Shown one piece after another: positions 14,042-27,777 of a DNA stretch of 64,000 nucleotides. A program made the translations under genes and the position numbers. This stretch comes from Chrysomallon squamiferum. Taxonomy: Eukaryota > Animalia > Mollusca. The notes beneath the pieces are model-generated. The model did not search any database. It was not told the DNA's origin and was given only the letters and a program-made list of their open reading frames with translations. Within the stretch, counting starts at the first letter, position 1. Every line of letters begins with the position of its first letter. The stretch covers positions 19,220,001 to 19,284,000 of the forward strand of contig CM022665.1 in NCBI GenBank assembly GCA_012295275.1, read 5' to 3'.

Positions 14042-14683
14042 AATAATGCCCTTGAAAAATATAAATTGAATTATTCTTTGCTTTATTAGCATACTGCTTT
14101 GTGAGAATTAGGCTGGCGATGTGAACTGTATCTAATAATAGATTTCTTATAAAATGAGGTTTTATTTCTTAATTTAAATATCTAGTATTATATTTATTAT
14201 ACGTGTATTTATATGCGCGTGCTTGTATATCTGATGAAAGCAGAATGCGTTGCTTTTCATGTTTATTTCAAGGTGCTGTTTCATAAGTTTGCTCTATCAA
14301 GTACGATAAACATCATTCTCACCGTATCTGGGGTTTTTTTGTTGTTTTTTTCCCAAATAAATTCACCAGCAAGAGAGACTCGTGTTACCGTGCAAAATAT
14401 CAACACATACAGCTTACCATTAAATCCAGATAGTTTTATTCCGCTATATATATTTTTTGTTTTTCAGACTGAGTCATATTTCTTCCTTGTCGTTACTAAT
14501 TACCATCCATGTTCTGAATACTAATTAATACAGTGATAGTCTGGAAGAAACAAAACAGTACATTTAATAGAATATATAGAAGAAAAAAAAAAAGAGAGAT
14601 ATTGACATGGATGTGAAGAGAGAAAAATAAATAAATAAGTAGCCTAGTACCTAGATAAATATGCATGCAAATATATATGTATT

Positions 14684-14685
<2 letters not shown>

Positions 14686-14772
<87 letters not shown>
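14686..14772. repeat. Compound (TG)n(AG)n microsatellite
   Basis: Direct reading; explains the spurious ORFs 14496-14840 and 14665-14979. Confidence 0.95.
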
Positions 14773-14776
<4 letters not shown>

Positions 14777-14865
14777 GAATGCGTCGTTTTTCAAATTTAT
14801 TTAAAGTTATTGTTTTATACATATATATATATATATGCATACCTACAGAAATACTATATCCAGTG

Positions 14866-14906
<41 letters not shown>

Positions 14907-15349
14907 CACTATTCATTTCTTATTAATTAACAAAAAATCATATTATTTTAATTTTAATTCTTCCAACCACATTAAGTAAAATAAATAAACAATATGATAC
15001 AATCAAATAATGTCTCTGAATTTTTCAAATAATGCTGGTATTAATTAGGTTTTAATAATAATATGTGGCTAAACATTTATATTTATATGGAGTGGGGTGC
15101 CTAACTGATGACCTAAAGGCCGAAGTTGCTATGGTGGGGGGGGGTCAGGTACGCCATGGACCCCACGACATGTTTTTTTGTTTGTTTTTTGTTTGTTTTT
15201 TTCTCTTAAATCTGGAATTGAGGAGCTGCATTTTCCTGCTTTCTGGAGATAATGAAGTTAGTGCCTGTCAGAACGGATCCGCGGGAAAAATTAACGACAT
15301 TGGTTACGTTCCTTTAGATCAATAAACATAAAACAATGTAACCAACATG

Positions 15350-15383
<34 letters not shown>

Positions 15384-16374
15384 ATAATAGATAAAATAAC
15401 AAACGATTAATCTTTACACGCAGGAATAAATTAACTATATTTTGTTACATTTCTGAGCATGAAATATTAGAGAAAAAAAATATCCTGTAAATATATAAAT
15501 AAGAAAAGAAAATACAATACAATAAAACAATATATTAATTTAAATGCAATCCTTATCGATGTAAGTTGCGAAATAATTATATACGTTGAAATAATAACGT
15601 GAACAACAACAACAACAGTAATAATAATAATACCAAAAGTAAATAAAAAGTTGTATGTAGCGAATTAGTGTGAGTATTTATATAACTATGTAGTTTTAAA
15701 TACAAAATTGGTTTTATTTGGAGGTGGACAGGAGAACTGAGGAACACTACAAACAACAACGTCACTATATGTGCTAAACCACTTGACACGTACAATGAGT
15801 AACTTAAGGGTAAAAAATCAAATCCAAACAAAATCTAACAGACTTGCTTGTCATATTCTGCATGCAATATTCTGTAGGCTAAATAAATAAATAATCAAAC
15901 AAACAAACAAACAAACAAACAAATAATTAAATAATAAATGTAGGCCTACATGTACACGAATGAAGTATTAGGAATCTCAATATTTTCTTTTCATTTGTTT
16001 ATATATTAATATATTTCTGTTAAATGAAATGCGATATTAATTTTATTTTATTTTATTTTAATACAAATGTTGTACAGAAGTAGTAGCCGTAGTATCAGTA
16101 ATATTTAGTCTGTTACTCCTACTTGTACTGATTAATTAATTGATAATAATAACGACAACAACACATGTTTGGTTTACTGTGTTTTAACTGATAAGCAAAA
16201 TATCTTGTTTACAAAGAAATTAAATTACAGTATTATCTAAAAACAAATAATAAATAAAACATTTGTGATCGTTGTTTATTTATTTTTGAACGTATATTTG
16301 TATTTCTTGTATTCGCTGCTGTTGTTACTATTGTTATTTCTATGGTTATTATTATTTTTTTTTCTACCTACTGA

Positions 16375-16860
16375 AATTCGACATGGTGCGACTCGAACTG
16401 ACTAGTGAAGACTAAGAAAGAGTTCCTGCTTGGTTGACGGTACACAAAGAAATGTTGCTCTGAGGTCTGCTGATCGTGGACGTTGGCAACGTTACCTAGC
16501 TGCGAATTTTGTTCGAAATCGTCCACATAATTAATATTACTTACTACACATACGACAGCTCATAATCACTTCACAACAGTAACGTGACAATCCACTCAAA
16601 TCTGTGCCTGTGAGCCAATAATTTGTGCTGCCGTCGCCAGATTGTTCGACAACCGCTCCTACCACGACACAGAACAACCAGACGTGACGAGTGTACTCGT
16701 CACAAAGATGATGACGGTGTGTTTGTTCAATGAGGGCGAATTACTGTTCTCGGATAAACCCACTTTAGTTAAATTCGAGTCTACATACGTCCAGGAGAAC
16801 ACTTCGCGGACGTGAGTGGCAGACAACGTCACTGGTTCGATGGCGGCAGCATCATGGTGT
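16375..16860 (+). mobile_element. Decayed Tc1/mariner transposase fragment (N-terminal HTH to mid-DDE), same family as the copies at 24.4 kb and 36.7 kb
   Basis: ATG 16383 reads MVRLELTSED*ERVPAWL...TQRNVALR. The fragment ends GEHFADVSGRQRHWFDGGSIMV (Tc1 GGSxMVW motif). Nucleotide similarity to the reverse complement of 24900-25270. Confidence 0.8.
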
Positions 16861-17278
16861 ATTTTACATCATCAGTTTAATTCAACGAGAAACTGTTTTG
16901 GTTAATAGTTTTTTTTTTTTAGTAATAACTGTCGTTTGCTGATGCATATTTTTTTAAATTACCTTTGAAATTAATTGTGTTGCTAACAACAGTTTCAAAA
17001 ACAATAAAATTCTGACCTGCTTTGAAAGCAATTAAATACCATTCCAGATTTAATGTATTTGACTTGTTATTTTTGATTATTTTAATATTTTTAGTGATTT
17101 TTTTCTGCTTTCACGTAATGTAATGTAATTTTATAATATAATATAATATAATATAATAATACAGTATTATACGTTTAACATTTAAATATACAATAATATA
17201 AAAATATTATGTAATAGCAATCAAAACATAAAATATTTTCAAAGAATAAAAACCATTTATTATGATGATGACGATAAG

Positions 17279-17311
<33 letters not shown>

Positions 17312-18303
17312 AATAAATGCTACTGTGAATTATTCAAACTTTATTTATAAAGTTTGATTTATTTATTAAAATTAGGCTTATTATATTTCCTGAATGATTA
17401 ATTTTGAAACATCAACAAGAATAGCAATAAAATAATGACAATAATAATTATAACAACAGCTACAACAACAACTACTACTACAGAAATCGTTTTTTATTTA
17501 TGAACAATTTTTAAAAATAAATGTGCAGTTACGTTAGTTTAACCTACGCAAACATTTTAAAGGTTAATACACACAAAAATCGTAATACACGCAGAAATAG
17601 AGAAAGAAATGTTAAATACATAAATAAGGCAATATGCTTATGTATGTGTGTGTGTGTACGTTATATAAAATTATTTTTTTATTATTTTACTACTTACTTT
17701 TTACACAAACGCTCATAAACACTTGCACTTCGCACGCGCACGCACACATACACACGCACTCGAAGATCGCCAACATTTCCCCGAGAAACAAATGATTCCC
17801 TGTTGTAGGATGAATACAGTGCGTCACGTAACACAGCTCTGGAAATTAATTAGTAAATTTCTATAACAGGGCTGTCTAGTAATTATAACTTTGACAACAG
17901 GTAGCAAAGACAACGCCCTTGCACTGACAAATTATGTATGAGTCTGCAAAGATTCCATCTGTTACCTGCTCGGTGTTCGATTACAAAGAAACTTTTCGGA
18001 ACTATTTTTATGGAAGACGTCACTGCAGTTAACCGGTTTGTGTATTCTGTGTTTACCTCGCTGCAGGCTGGTTTTCTTGCCTTGCGAGGATTAGTTGCCG
18101 AAGGGGTCAGATAACGTGATGGATGTTTGATGGGATGGGAAAGTTAAATATTTTTTAAATAAAATATTTTATTATATTTTTTATCTTTTTTTTTACAAAA
18201 TGATAATATAATTATTATAAAGATTTAAATGTATAATTAAAAGGTATATTGTTATTGTGTACATATAATGTATTCTTAACTCTGTATCTATATGAGTGTG
18301 TAG

Positions 18304-18353
<50 letters not shown>

Positions 18354-20053
18354 AAATGCTAATCTATGAAATATAACAGTACTTATTAAGAATATGTCTT
18401 AATCATCCACACATATTATACTGATAATTAAAAGCACAAAACAAATTTTAATCACAAAGTTTCACTTGTTTCAACAGATGAAAACAATTCTCATCTTCGA
18501 GCAACGCCAAACCCTTCTTCACTATAAGACCTATCCATGCATACTACTTGCATAATTATCGACATAAAACCATTAACGTTGATATACATTATTTCATGTT
18601 CCATGCACATTAAATTTTACGAAAATCTATTTAGCCCTTGCCCGACAATCAATCGTTAGACCCTGAAACGTAACTGAATGCACTGATGTGTGTCATGCAT
18701 ATCACAAAATAAAATCGCCCTCCAGAAAGTTACACTGACTAATATGAATCAAACGAATAGAAGTAATGTTGCTCGATAAAGTTTTGGCAAACGAAGAAAA
18801 CGGTTTAGGGCTTATACGTAATAAATAATTAATTAAAATATGACTTAGATACAGAATAAAATTAAATATATGCTTCAGTGGATGAATTAATGAACTTCCA
18901 GATGGACAGATGGACATATAGAAGAAAAATGGATATACCAACAAAGATGTATATGTGTCTGTTTATGCGTGCATATGTGTATGTGTGTGTGTCTCTGTGT
19001 AGATAAACACACGACCAAAAGGAAAAAGCTTTAAATCATTATACATATATGCATGAAGCAAACGTTTTGAAAACATCAGTATGTCAGCGTATTAACGTCA
19101 GAATTAGTCCACAAGTCCAGAAGTAGATCACATGGGAAATACCATCGAAAAATACGTTCAATAACAAGTCATATTAACAAGGTATATGACCATCCCATGC
19201 CTCAGTTCATGCAAAAACTCTTCCACACATAAAAGATGTCAGTTGTCTGACGAGGTCAAATGGGATAGTAGCCTTTCTCTTTGAAGGGCCTGAATCAGTT
19301 CCCACTGGTTGGCTGGAGGGTGTAGATGTTGAGGAACATGATCCATGACATCCTATATGTTTATTCACGCTGTTTTCAATCAACTCTGAACAAACAGAAC
19401 TTGCTTCAATTACTGAAGACTACTCTCTGCCAGTCATGTCACTGCCAACGTTGTACAGGCAAGGCCCATTTCAAAGATGATGGTTTTGTGCTGTCAACTG
19501 ATGTCCTGTGTGTGTTGTGTGTAAGCTCTGAGTCGCCTGGCTACTATCTGTTGACTAACACTAGCGCCTAAGACATTCGCTACTTCCAGGAAGCAGTTCT
19601 GCAGATGTAAGGTCTACAGGTACCAGTCTTCACAGGGCTTTTTCACTCTCAGTCTACCTGGTCCTTGCCTCTCTCATGTCTGCCGTGTAACGTGGCATCA
19701 AGTTGGAAAGAGAAACGTGTAAACAACCAAACGGTATTGTGATAAAAGGCAGTGGCAGCTCCAGTCTTTAATTAAAAACAAAATAATAAAAACAAAAAAT
19801 AAAAATAATAATAAAAATATGGTTCCCTTGCACAGTTCAGATATAATTGCTTGCATTTGTGTGAAGATTTGTTTTTCTCAGTGTTGATGTGTGATATGCC
19901 AGCTAAACCGTTTTTCTATACAAGTTGCGATTTTCACTTTATCGCGTATTCCCCGAAAACCTACCATCGGCGTATAGATAAAATTATATATATTTTAAAT
20001 CATTTGAAATACTCAACAACAACAACTTAAATCTCACTTGTGAAATTTCTGAA

Positions 20054-20096
<43 letters not shown>

Positions 20097-21959
20097 TTTA
20101 TTTTTATTATTATATTTTTTATTGTTATTATTATTATTATTATTATTCTTTACAAAATTATAAAAACATATATTTATTAATGAAAACAGTGTCAGATAAA
20201 TGCAAATGGAAAACAGACATTATGGCGTTATTTAAACAGTTAGGAGCCAGTTACTTTTAATGCTAAAGTGTTTTAACGACAATAAATTATAAACAATGAA
20301 CACAAAAAAAATAAGAAAATTTTGCTGCTGTTGTTGTTATTATAAAAAGTATTATTGTATACACTTAGTCTACCTGCATACCTGCATACCTAATTTGACA
20401 AAATGAGGGAAGAAATCAAAATAAAATATTGCCTCCATATGATAGCGATCTACAGTTGCTGGTTTTTTTTTTTTTTTTGAAAAGCTAAGCTAAATACTGA
20501 GCTATAATTAGTTAAACCTCATTTCTAAATAGATTTGTTGAAAATTATTAACGATATTCATTGATCTTTGACGCTGTATTTCAGAAACGATCTGGATCTA
20601 GGTTACGGTTTAGAGATAAGGGCACAACCAAGCATTAACAAGTGCTAATACAAATCTGAATACGTTTATGTATTTTTATTTATTTGAGTTTCACCAGGTA
20701 CAACGAATCCAGAAATGTTTACTCATTTGTTTTATTTCCTAAAAGTAAAAACTAAGTAATTGCTAAAATTACATCGATGATTATAAACATGTATAATTGC
20801 CATATACAATTTTTTTTTTATTAATTAAAAGGTATATTCATACTTATTTTTCAAAATATATTGTGCCTTTTATGGTGAATATGTTTATAATTATTTCGTA
20901 TTACAAAGGCTGAGAAATTATATTATAAATATACATGCGTGCAAATATATGCATACACTGGTTTACATGCATACATACATACATACATACATACACATAC
21001 ACACATACACACATACATGTACATGTTTGCACAGATACATAAATAGTCATAATGAAATGAATTAAATGTATTTAATGCAAAATATATGTCAAAAAATTCC
21101 CGGTCTTGTTAACTTGAAGAAAACAAATAATTATTTGAGCCAATTAATACTCACATTAAAATCTGTTTCTATACCCTTCATTACATTCTCAGAACATCAG
21201 TTGTTTGATTTAGCCAAGAACATATTATTAGCGAAATTAAAGTGTCTCTTCTTAACTGTGAGGTTTTATTAAATGTCCACTTATTCATCTGACATTAAAT
21301 TAAAACAAAAATAAAGTAAAATAAAAAAAATAACACTTAATAAAATTCTAATATCTAGACAGAACACAGAATTTACTTTTAGTTTATCATTTTATTTTTA
21401 TTTGTGCCTATGTATGTGTATGTATATGTGTTTGTTTATACGTTTGTGTATTATAATTAATACATATTCATGTGTATCACTTAAAGGGAATACTACTACT
21501 AATAATAATAATAATAGTAATAATAATAATAAAGAAAAGTAAGAAATAACAAAATAATAATAAAATATAATTTTCTTTTTTCTTCTTTCATTATAATTTC
21601 ATTCTCTTTGACACTTACACACGTTTGTCAAAAGAAAGCGTCGTGACCACAAAATGAAAATGTTAAAGATTGTTTTAACCATCACCGCCTGTGTGAAGCA
21701 GACAGCACATCACAATTATTAGTGTGGCTGACAAGGTAAATACCATTCTGTGTTCTGAGAGAAGCACTGTCCCCATAGTTTATTAACATAGTATTCATGG
21801 TATTCGAAAATAATGTGTTTAATTATGCGTCATCTTCGTATCTATTTTATTTTTATTATTATTATTACTACTATTATTATTAATATATTTTTTATATTTA
21901 TATTATTTTATATTTTTTATTATTACTATATTATTGTTGTTATTTTTATTATTATTATT

Positions 21960-21999
<40 letters not shown>

Positions 22000-23021
22000 C
22001 ATTTATTATTAGCATTTATTTAATACATTTTTGGCGTGTTCTATAGGTGGCCACTTTTTCTTTGTCGTCTCTTTATCAAAGAAGATTTTTTTCATTTTTG
22101 CCATTTCCAGGTGATACCAGCTCAGTGCACAACGGCCCCTTTGTAATTCCTACACTGTATCTGCTTTACACCTCTTTCAGTTTAAGGGCTTCATTTCTTT
22201 TTTCTATATAGGCTGCCTCTATTAATTCTCTAATACTTTTCATAATTCTGTCTCTGTCAACCCTGTGCACGTACCTTGTTTCTTTCATTAAATGAAATTC
22301 TAACCCAAAATCTCCGATTACTTGGTGACACTATCTTTTTCTTAGACCTGGAAATAACAATGAAGAACTCTGAAGTTTTTTTATTTTGAAACATTAAGAC
22401 CATTTCTTGTAAATAAAATAATTCCATAAAGAAACATTTCACTCCACCCCCACCTTAAATTAGTTTGTTAACATTCGAACGGTCAAAATATCGGGGTCTA
22501 CAACTTTGCATAGTTTTTTCTTATTCTGAACCAGTTCTGAAGTTATGGTGCCTGTAGTAACTGATAATTTCAGATATGTGCGCTGTGTAACGTGGACAGC
22601 TTATAACATGGCATTACGTCACACTCCTTCAGATTTGTCTTTAATGCGATGATCCTTCACGGTGTACGGGGATATAAATGTCTTTCTGCCGCATATGACC
22701 GGTGATCGATACAACTATTACACCACGCTTGCCGAAGCCCCACAAAAATGTCAACCACGTGTTAACAGTAAACTAAAATTCTTTCAATTAGTTATTGCGA
22801 AATCCATTGATTGTTAATTGAATCTACCGGCATAGATTCCTCATTTATTCCTTCTACATAAGAACAGTGCGGCATGAATGTATTAAAAATGTATAGCCTA
22901 AGATTCCTTAAGTGCTCGTGCGCACAAATACCTACAGATATATTCAGTTTCAGAGGCAAATACATATGGATAAAAATAAAAAGACAGAGATAGAGGAATG
23001 GGTACTTTTTTTTTATTTATA

Positions 23022-23214
23022 TGAAGTACGACTGAAATAATAATTGGACATAAATTACTTTAATTTATTCGACGTGTATTTCCTGTCATGTTCACTGTAT
23101 GCAGCGACCGCCACTCACGGAGACAGTATATATAGTTCTGCCACCACACGGAGACAGTATATATTTTTTTTCTTTTTTTTTTATAGTGTCTTTTTTTTTT
23201 TGAACTGATTTTAA

Positions 23215-23250
<36 letters not shown>

Positions 23251-25530
23251 CTCTTCATATAGTGTTTGATTTAAAGAAAACGAATTTTGGAAAGTAAAAT
23301 AGCTTCGTATTACATATATTTTTCTTTAGTATCTATAGATTTTTTTTTTTACCAATTTCCTTATTGCATTTTAGTTATATATACTGAATAATAATATTGC
23401 ATACAACTGTTTGCTTATTTTTCCAAAAACACCTACGTACAAAATTGTAATTTCCTCCTTTAAATAAATTACTTTTAATTATTTTCTTCCCTCTCTCAGC
23501 CTTTTTGCATGTGAAATGCTTTTGCAGTGTAATAATTGAGGCAAGAATGATTGAAACAGCAAAACTAGCATTCATTTATTTATTTATTTATTTAATTATC
23601 AACGATGATATTATTCTTATTAATAGTAGTAGGAGTCGTAGCAAGTCATTACTAGTTGTAGTACAGTGGCAGTACACTGTATTAGTAGTATTAATAGTAG
23701 TAGAAGTAGTAGTAGTAGTGGTGAAAATATTTCAGAATGTAAAGTTAAGTGCATAGTCATTTCCGTTTCACTGTGCATCCACTTGAACCAAATCATGGCT
23801 ATTTGACAATAACAGCAGAGTTAATATGTTTTGACTTACAGTATTAGAAAATATGGCAGAAGGAATTAAATTAGCTGAACTGCCTATAATTAATTACTTG
23901 CATCTTTCTGTTTTCTCAGTCTTTTAATGTAAAAAAAAAAAAAGATGAAGAAGAAGAAAAGAAGATAAGAAAAAAGTTAGAAAATTCTTAAAAGAAGTGC
24001 AAATAAATAGATAAAAGTTTTGATATGAATATCAAATTCTATTTACATTATGTTTACTATTGCTCTAACCTAGCAGACTGTGAATTTGGAACAAATAAAC
24101 TATTAAAGTAATGTTTGTGACTGACTACGTGTGTTTTCAAATAATTACTACATGCCAGAGATCGATTAATTATCGATTAAGATTACTGAATAAAAAGAAA
24201 AATTATTAAACGATCATAAATTACTTTTAAATTTAGCAAATACGCTAAATAAACAAATATGTTCGCAAATAATTGAATGTACTAGAATTTAAGGATAAAT
24301 GTATTTATTAAATAATTAAATCAGTTTCCAGGTGAATCAGATTTTTGGAGTAAACTATATTCAAAATTTTATAGTCACATGATACTGTGCCAAATTTGGA
24401 GGGTTCGAACATGAAGTTTACACATCAGTGCATTTCATTAATAGCTTGTGAATCCACCAGTGGCGCGAGGACATTGGACACGTCTCTGTCTCATCCTGTT
24501 GCTGAGGCATCTGAAGATGTGTTCTGCCTCTCTAACACAAGAACTGACTCACATCATGCAGACTGGCGAGAGGAGCATGATGATCCGGTACTTGCCTGTC
24601 CAACTCACTCCAGACATGCTTTACAGGAGCCAAGACAGGCGAATTCGCTGGCCAATCCACCTAACGACACTTTTGCTCGTAAAGTATTGCGGCACGACGC
24701 GGAGAATCAGTAGCGACAGAATCTAGTTCTCATAACAGACTGGCGTCATATTGTCATTCACAGCATAAAGACGGGTCATATGGTGGCTAGAAATCCCGCC
24801 TCATGCTACCATTCTGCCTCGATCATAATGCTAACACTGACATCAGCAAAGTGCTCTCCTGGATGAGTGTAGACTGAAGAGAACTTTCCCCAATGAATAT
24901 ACCGCCATCCCACTTAACGACTGCACCAGTTGCGTCTGACGATTCTCTGTCGTGGTAGTAATGCTGGTCGAACAATCTGGCTACGGCAAACGACTGGCTC
25001 TCAGGCGATTGTGTGCTGTCTATTTAGACACTAGAGACCCTGTTGTAGCCAGCAGATTGTCACATAATTGGCATGTAGTGATCGTGTGTAGGTCGTCTCG
25101 TTTTATAGTGAACAGAATTCATTGCGTTGAAGCATTGCCAAAGTCTACCAGCGAAACTGCTACTGACACGAAGTCTCAGAACAAGATTTTGTTTGTATGA
25201 TGACATCCTGAAACCAAGCAAAAACCTTTTCTCGATCTTCATTAGTCAGTTGGCGTCGCACCATCATGTTGAACGTGTACAGTAGGTTTACATAAGCTCC
25301 ATTTATAGAGAAATTATGCACGATGGACTTGAAATGCATGCAAATGAAGCGATTTATGAAAAAGTGACTACGTCATTGAAACTTAATTCATTTTTGGATT
25401 GCTTCGGCATAATTTCGTTAATGTGGAATAATGTACAGTATGACATTACGATCTAAATAGCAAAATGAACTTTCAGAAAATAATGCTGAAAAAAATCGTC
25501 TGACACTTAAATTGTTTTGATTAGCATATA
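23022..25530 (+). repeat. Left arm of a local inverted duplication (partner ~36660-38260)
   Basis: Collinear reverse-complement blocks: 23046-23126=38156-38236; 23269-23321=37924-37976; 23418-23640~37480-37830 (diverged); 24389-24661=37028-37300; Tc1 5' ends homologous. Confidence 0.92.
24365..25530 (-). mobile_element. Near full-length decayed Tc1-family transposon
   Basis: Minus strand reads MMVRRQLTNEDREKVFAWFQD at the 5' end, then DWPANSPVLAPVKHVWSELDRQV (Tc1 WPxxSPDLNPIExxW motif) and MRQRRVQCPRATGGFTSY* (GGxTxY C-terminus). Multiple stops and frameshifts. Confidence 0.88.
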
Positions 25531-25899
25531 CTGAAAATGAAGTGTGGAAACAAAATTAGTAGACGAAGTGATGATAATTTAAAGTAATTCAGTTTTGTTC
25601 AAATTATACTAACGAACATCTTATTCAAACTCAGATATAAAAGAGAAGAACTGATAAAAGTGAAGATTGTTGTTTCGAGGTCATAGGATGGTCATAATGT
25701 TTATGTGATCTGATTACAAATAAATTTCACAAATATGCCCTCGTTTAAATGAAAGTATAGACTGTTAGAATGTGAACTAATTATTTGATTTTTCTCATAT
25801 TTTACTACCCTTTTCAAACAAGAGTTAGCCCAAGATAAAGATAGCAATATATAATATCTCCTCCCTGCTTACATGTGAAGGTGGAAAGAAGTTAATACA

Positions 25900-26463
25900 C
25901 AACAGCTTAGATTTGCCTATGATAGATACTGTTGATATTGCTATCTGCTTAGGACTTTCACCGTAGTCGTGGAGCATAAACTGGCTAATTCACACTACAG
26001 TTTCATTGTTTTCTTTTCTCACCTCGAACTCAGATTTGAGAATGTTGTCGTTTTTTTACTGATACAAAATCATGTAGTCATGAAAATTACCTTTGAAACT
26101 TTTGCCAAGGAGCATCAGGAAAAATACTGGATACAATGTTGTTACACCCATCATTTTCTGAATCTGCTGACACTTTTCACATGACTTGTCCAAAATCCTT
26201 CAAAATAACTGCTCGCAATTTCGTTTTAAGAATTCCACTGTGAGCACTATGAAGTTCCTCCACAATTCGTAAATAAAGTTTGGCCCCACATCAAGCATTT
26301 CTTGTTAATTTTTAGTTCATCTTGTTAATGTTAAGTTTATCTGCAATGCTGACTTTTGTTGTCTTGTACCAACCAGTCTGGGTCGTCTAATACTTTTGAC
26401 AATATTAATTAGTATGCGCTCATTTTGTGATAAATTGAATATATATATATATATATATACACT

Positions 26464-26504
<41 letters not shown>

Positions 26505-26880
26505 TGTGACATTTTTCCGTCTGTACAGATTTCAGAGGCAGTCAACAAAGTTCGTATGCATTTGCATTACTTTCAGAGTTTTTATATACTATTTCGTAAT
26601 ATGAACTGCTAGGGAAATGGCCCACCGTTGCAAACTAGCTGCTGTTCAAGATTATCTAAATCCTTTGTCTTTGATTTTACTGTAATTAGTATGTCATCAC
26701 TGTAACTACGCCTGGTAATCCTTCAAGCATCTGTTCCATTGTTGTTCGAATATAGCCAGTTTTATTTACAACTGGGTAAATTGGTCTTGTCCTTTCAGTG
26801 AAGTCAACTGGTTCAAGAATGCCTTCAGTTTCATCGTCAACACGTTTACGTAATGAGTAAGGTACTGAACGAGCTTTTAC
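25900..26880 (-). mobile_element. Heavily deleted Ty3/Gypsy LTR-retrotransposon pol remnant (RT, RNase H and integrase pieces)
   Basis: Minus-strand fragments in canonical pol order: KARSVPYSLRKRVDDE..EGILEPVDF...PIYPVV; TMEQMLEGLPGVV..YSDDILIT (YxDD); LQRWAISL; YEIVYKNSESNANAY..LPL; CLMWG; VEELHSAHSGI; PDAPWQK. Confidence 0.85.
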
Positions 26881-26954
26881 TACATATTGTGAAAGAATAC
26901 ATATCCTATGGTGATGATTGTTATTATTTTTAGTGACAGTGGTAGTCTTGGTGG

Positions 26955-27160
26955 TTGTGATAGAAATAAAAGTAGTGATAATGTTGTTAGGGTAGTAGTG
27001 ATAGAAGTGAAAGTAGTAGTGATAGTGCAGTATTGTAATTGTGATAGAAGTAAAAGTAGTAGTGATAGTGGTTGTTAGAGTGGTGGTGATAGAAATAAAA
27101 GTAGTGATAATGGTAATATTGGCGGTTGTGATAAAAGTAAAAGTAGTAATGATAGTGGGA
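26955..27160. repeat. Degenerate ~43-bp tandem repeat, 5 units
   Basis: A core like gtgatagaaRtaaaagtagt recurs near 26957, 26998, 27041, 27086 and 27128. Confidence 0.75.
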
Positions 27161-27717
27161 GTATTGTTGTTGTTGTTGTTTTTGTTTGTTTTTGTTTTTC
27201 TTTCGTTGTTGTTTTGGAGGATTTCTGTTTTGTTTTTGTCATTGTAGATGCATCTATTTTTATAATAATAATAATAATAATAAACAAATAAAAATAAATA
27301 AATAAATAACGAAAAAAATGAATAGTAATACTGATGACGATAAATAAATAAACATAATATATCGGGACTATAATAATTTTAATAGAGATGGTATATAAAT
27401 TATGGGTGTAAAACTGGTTACGAGTTTAGGCTCATTAATAATTACGTTTTTAATCTAACTGATGCGGACGTCTGTTGATTAGGTTACTATTTATAGAACA
27501 TGGTTGAAACTGCACCATTCATGTTATCAGTAAAGCTGGTATTAATAATACAATGTTTGTAATTCGACACGTATAGCGTAAATTTGTTTGCTTAGTAATA
27601 TAATAGTGTTAAGAAATCTGGTCACAGCGAAATAAACTTATTGCATTATAATACGTTCAAGCAACTTGGTGCTACCTAAAAATTAAAATTGAAGTTTGAG
27701 AGAATTTAAAAAAAGTC

Positions 27718-27777
<60 letters not shown>

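Noticed and set aside
15085-15255. Fragment resembling a common internal motif of marine-invertebrate non-autonomous DNA elements (also ~9670-9900 and ~13060-13120)
   Set aside because: Too degenerate, with no termini or TSD to define an element.
19100-19750. Higher-GC stretch that could be an old LINE remnant
   Set aside because: No diagnostic RT or endonuclease motif could be read.
22040-22445. Minus-strand RRFWVR motif suggesting a Harbinger transposase N-terminus
   Set aside because: A single short motif with no continuing frame or catalytic residues.
24387-24726. ORFs 24387-24713 and 24448-24726, and their twins near 37 kb, as a duplicated novel gene
   Set aside because: They are antisense frames of a dead Tc1 transposase C-terminus.
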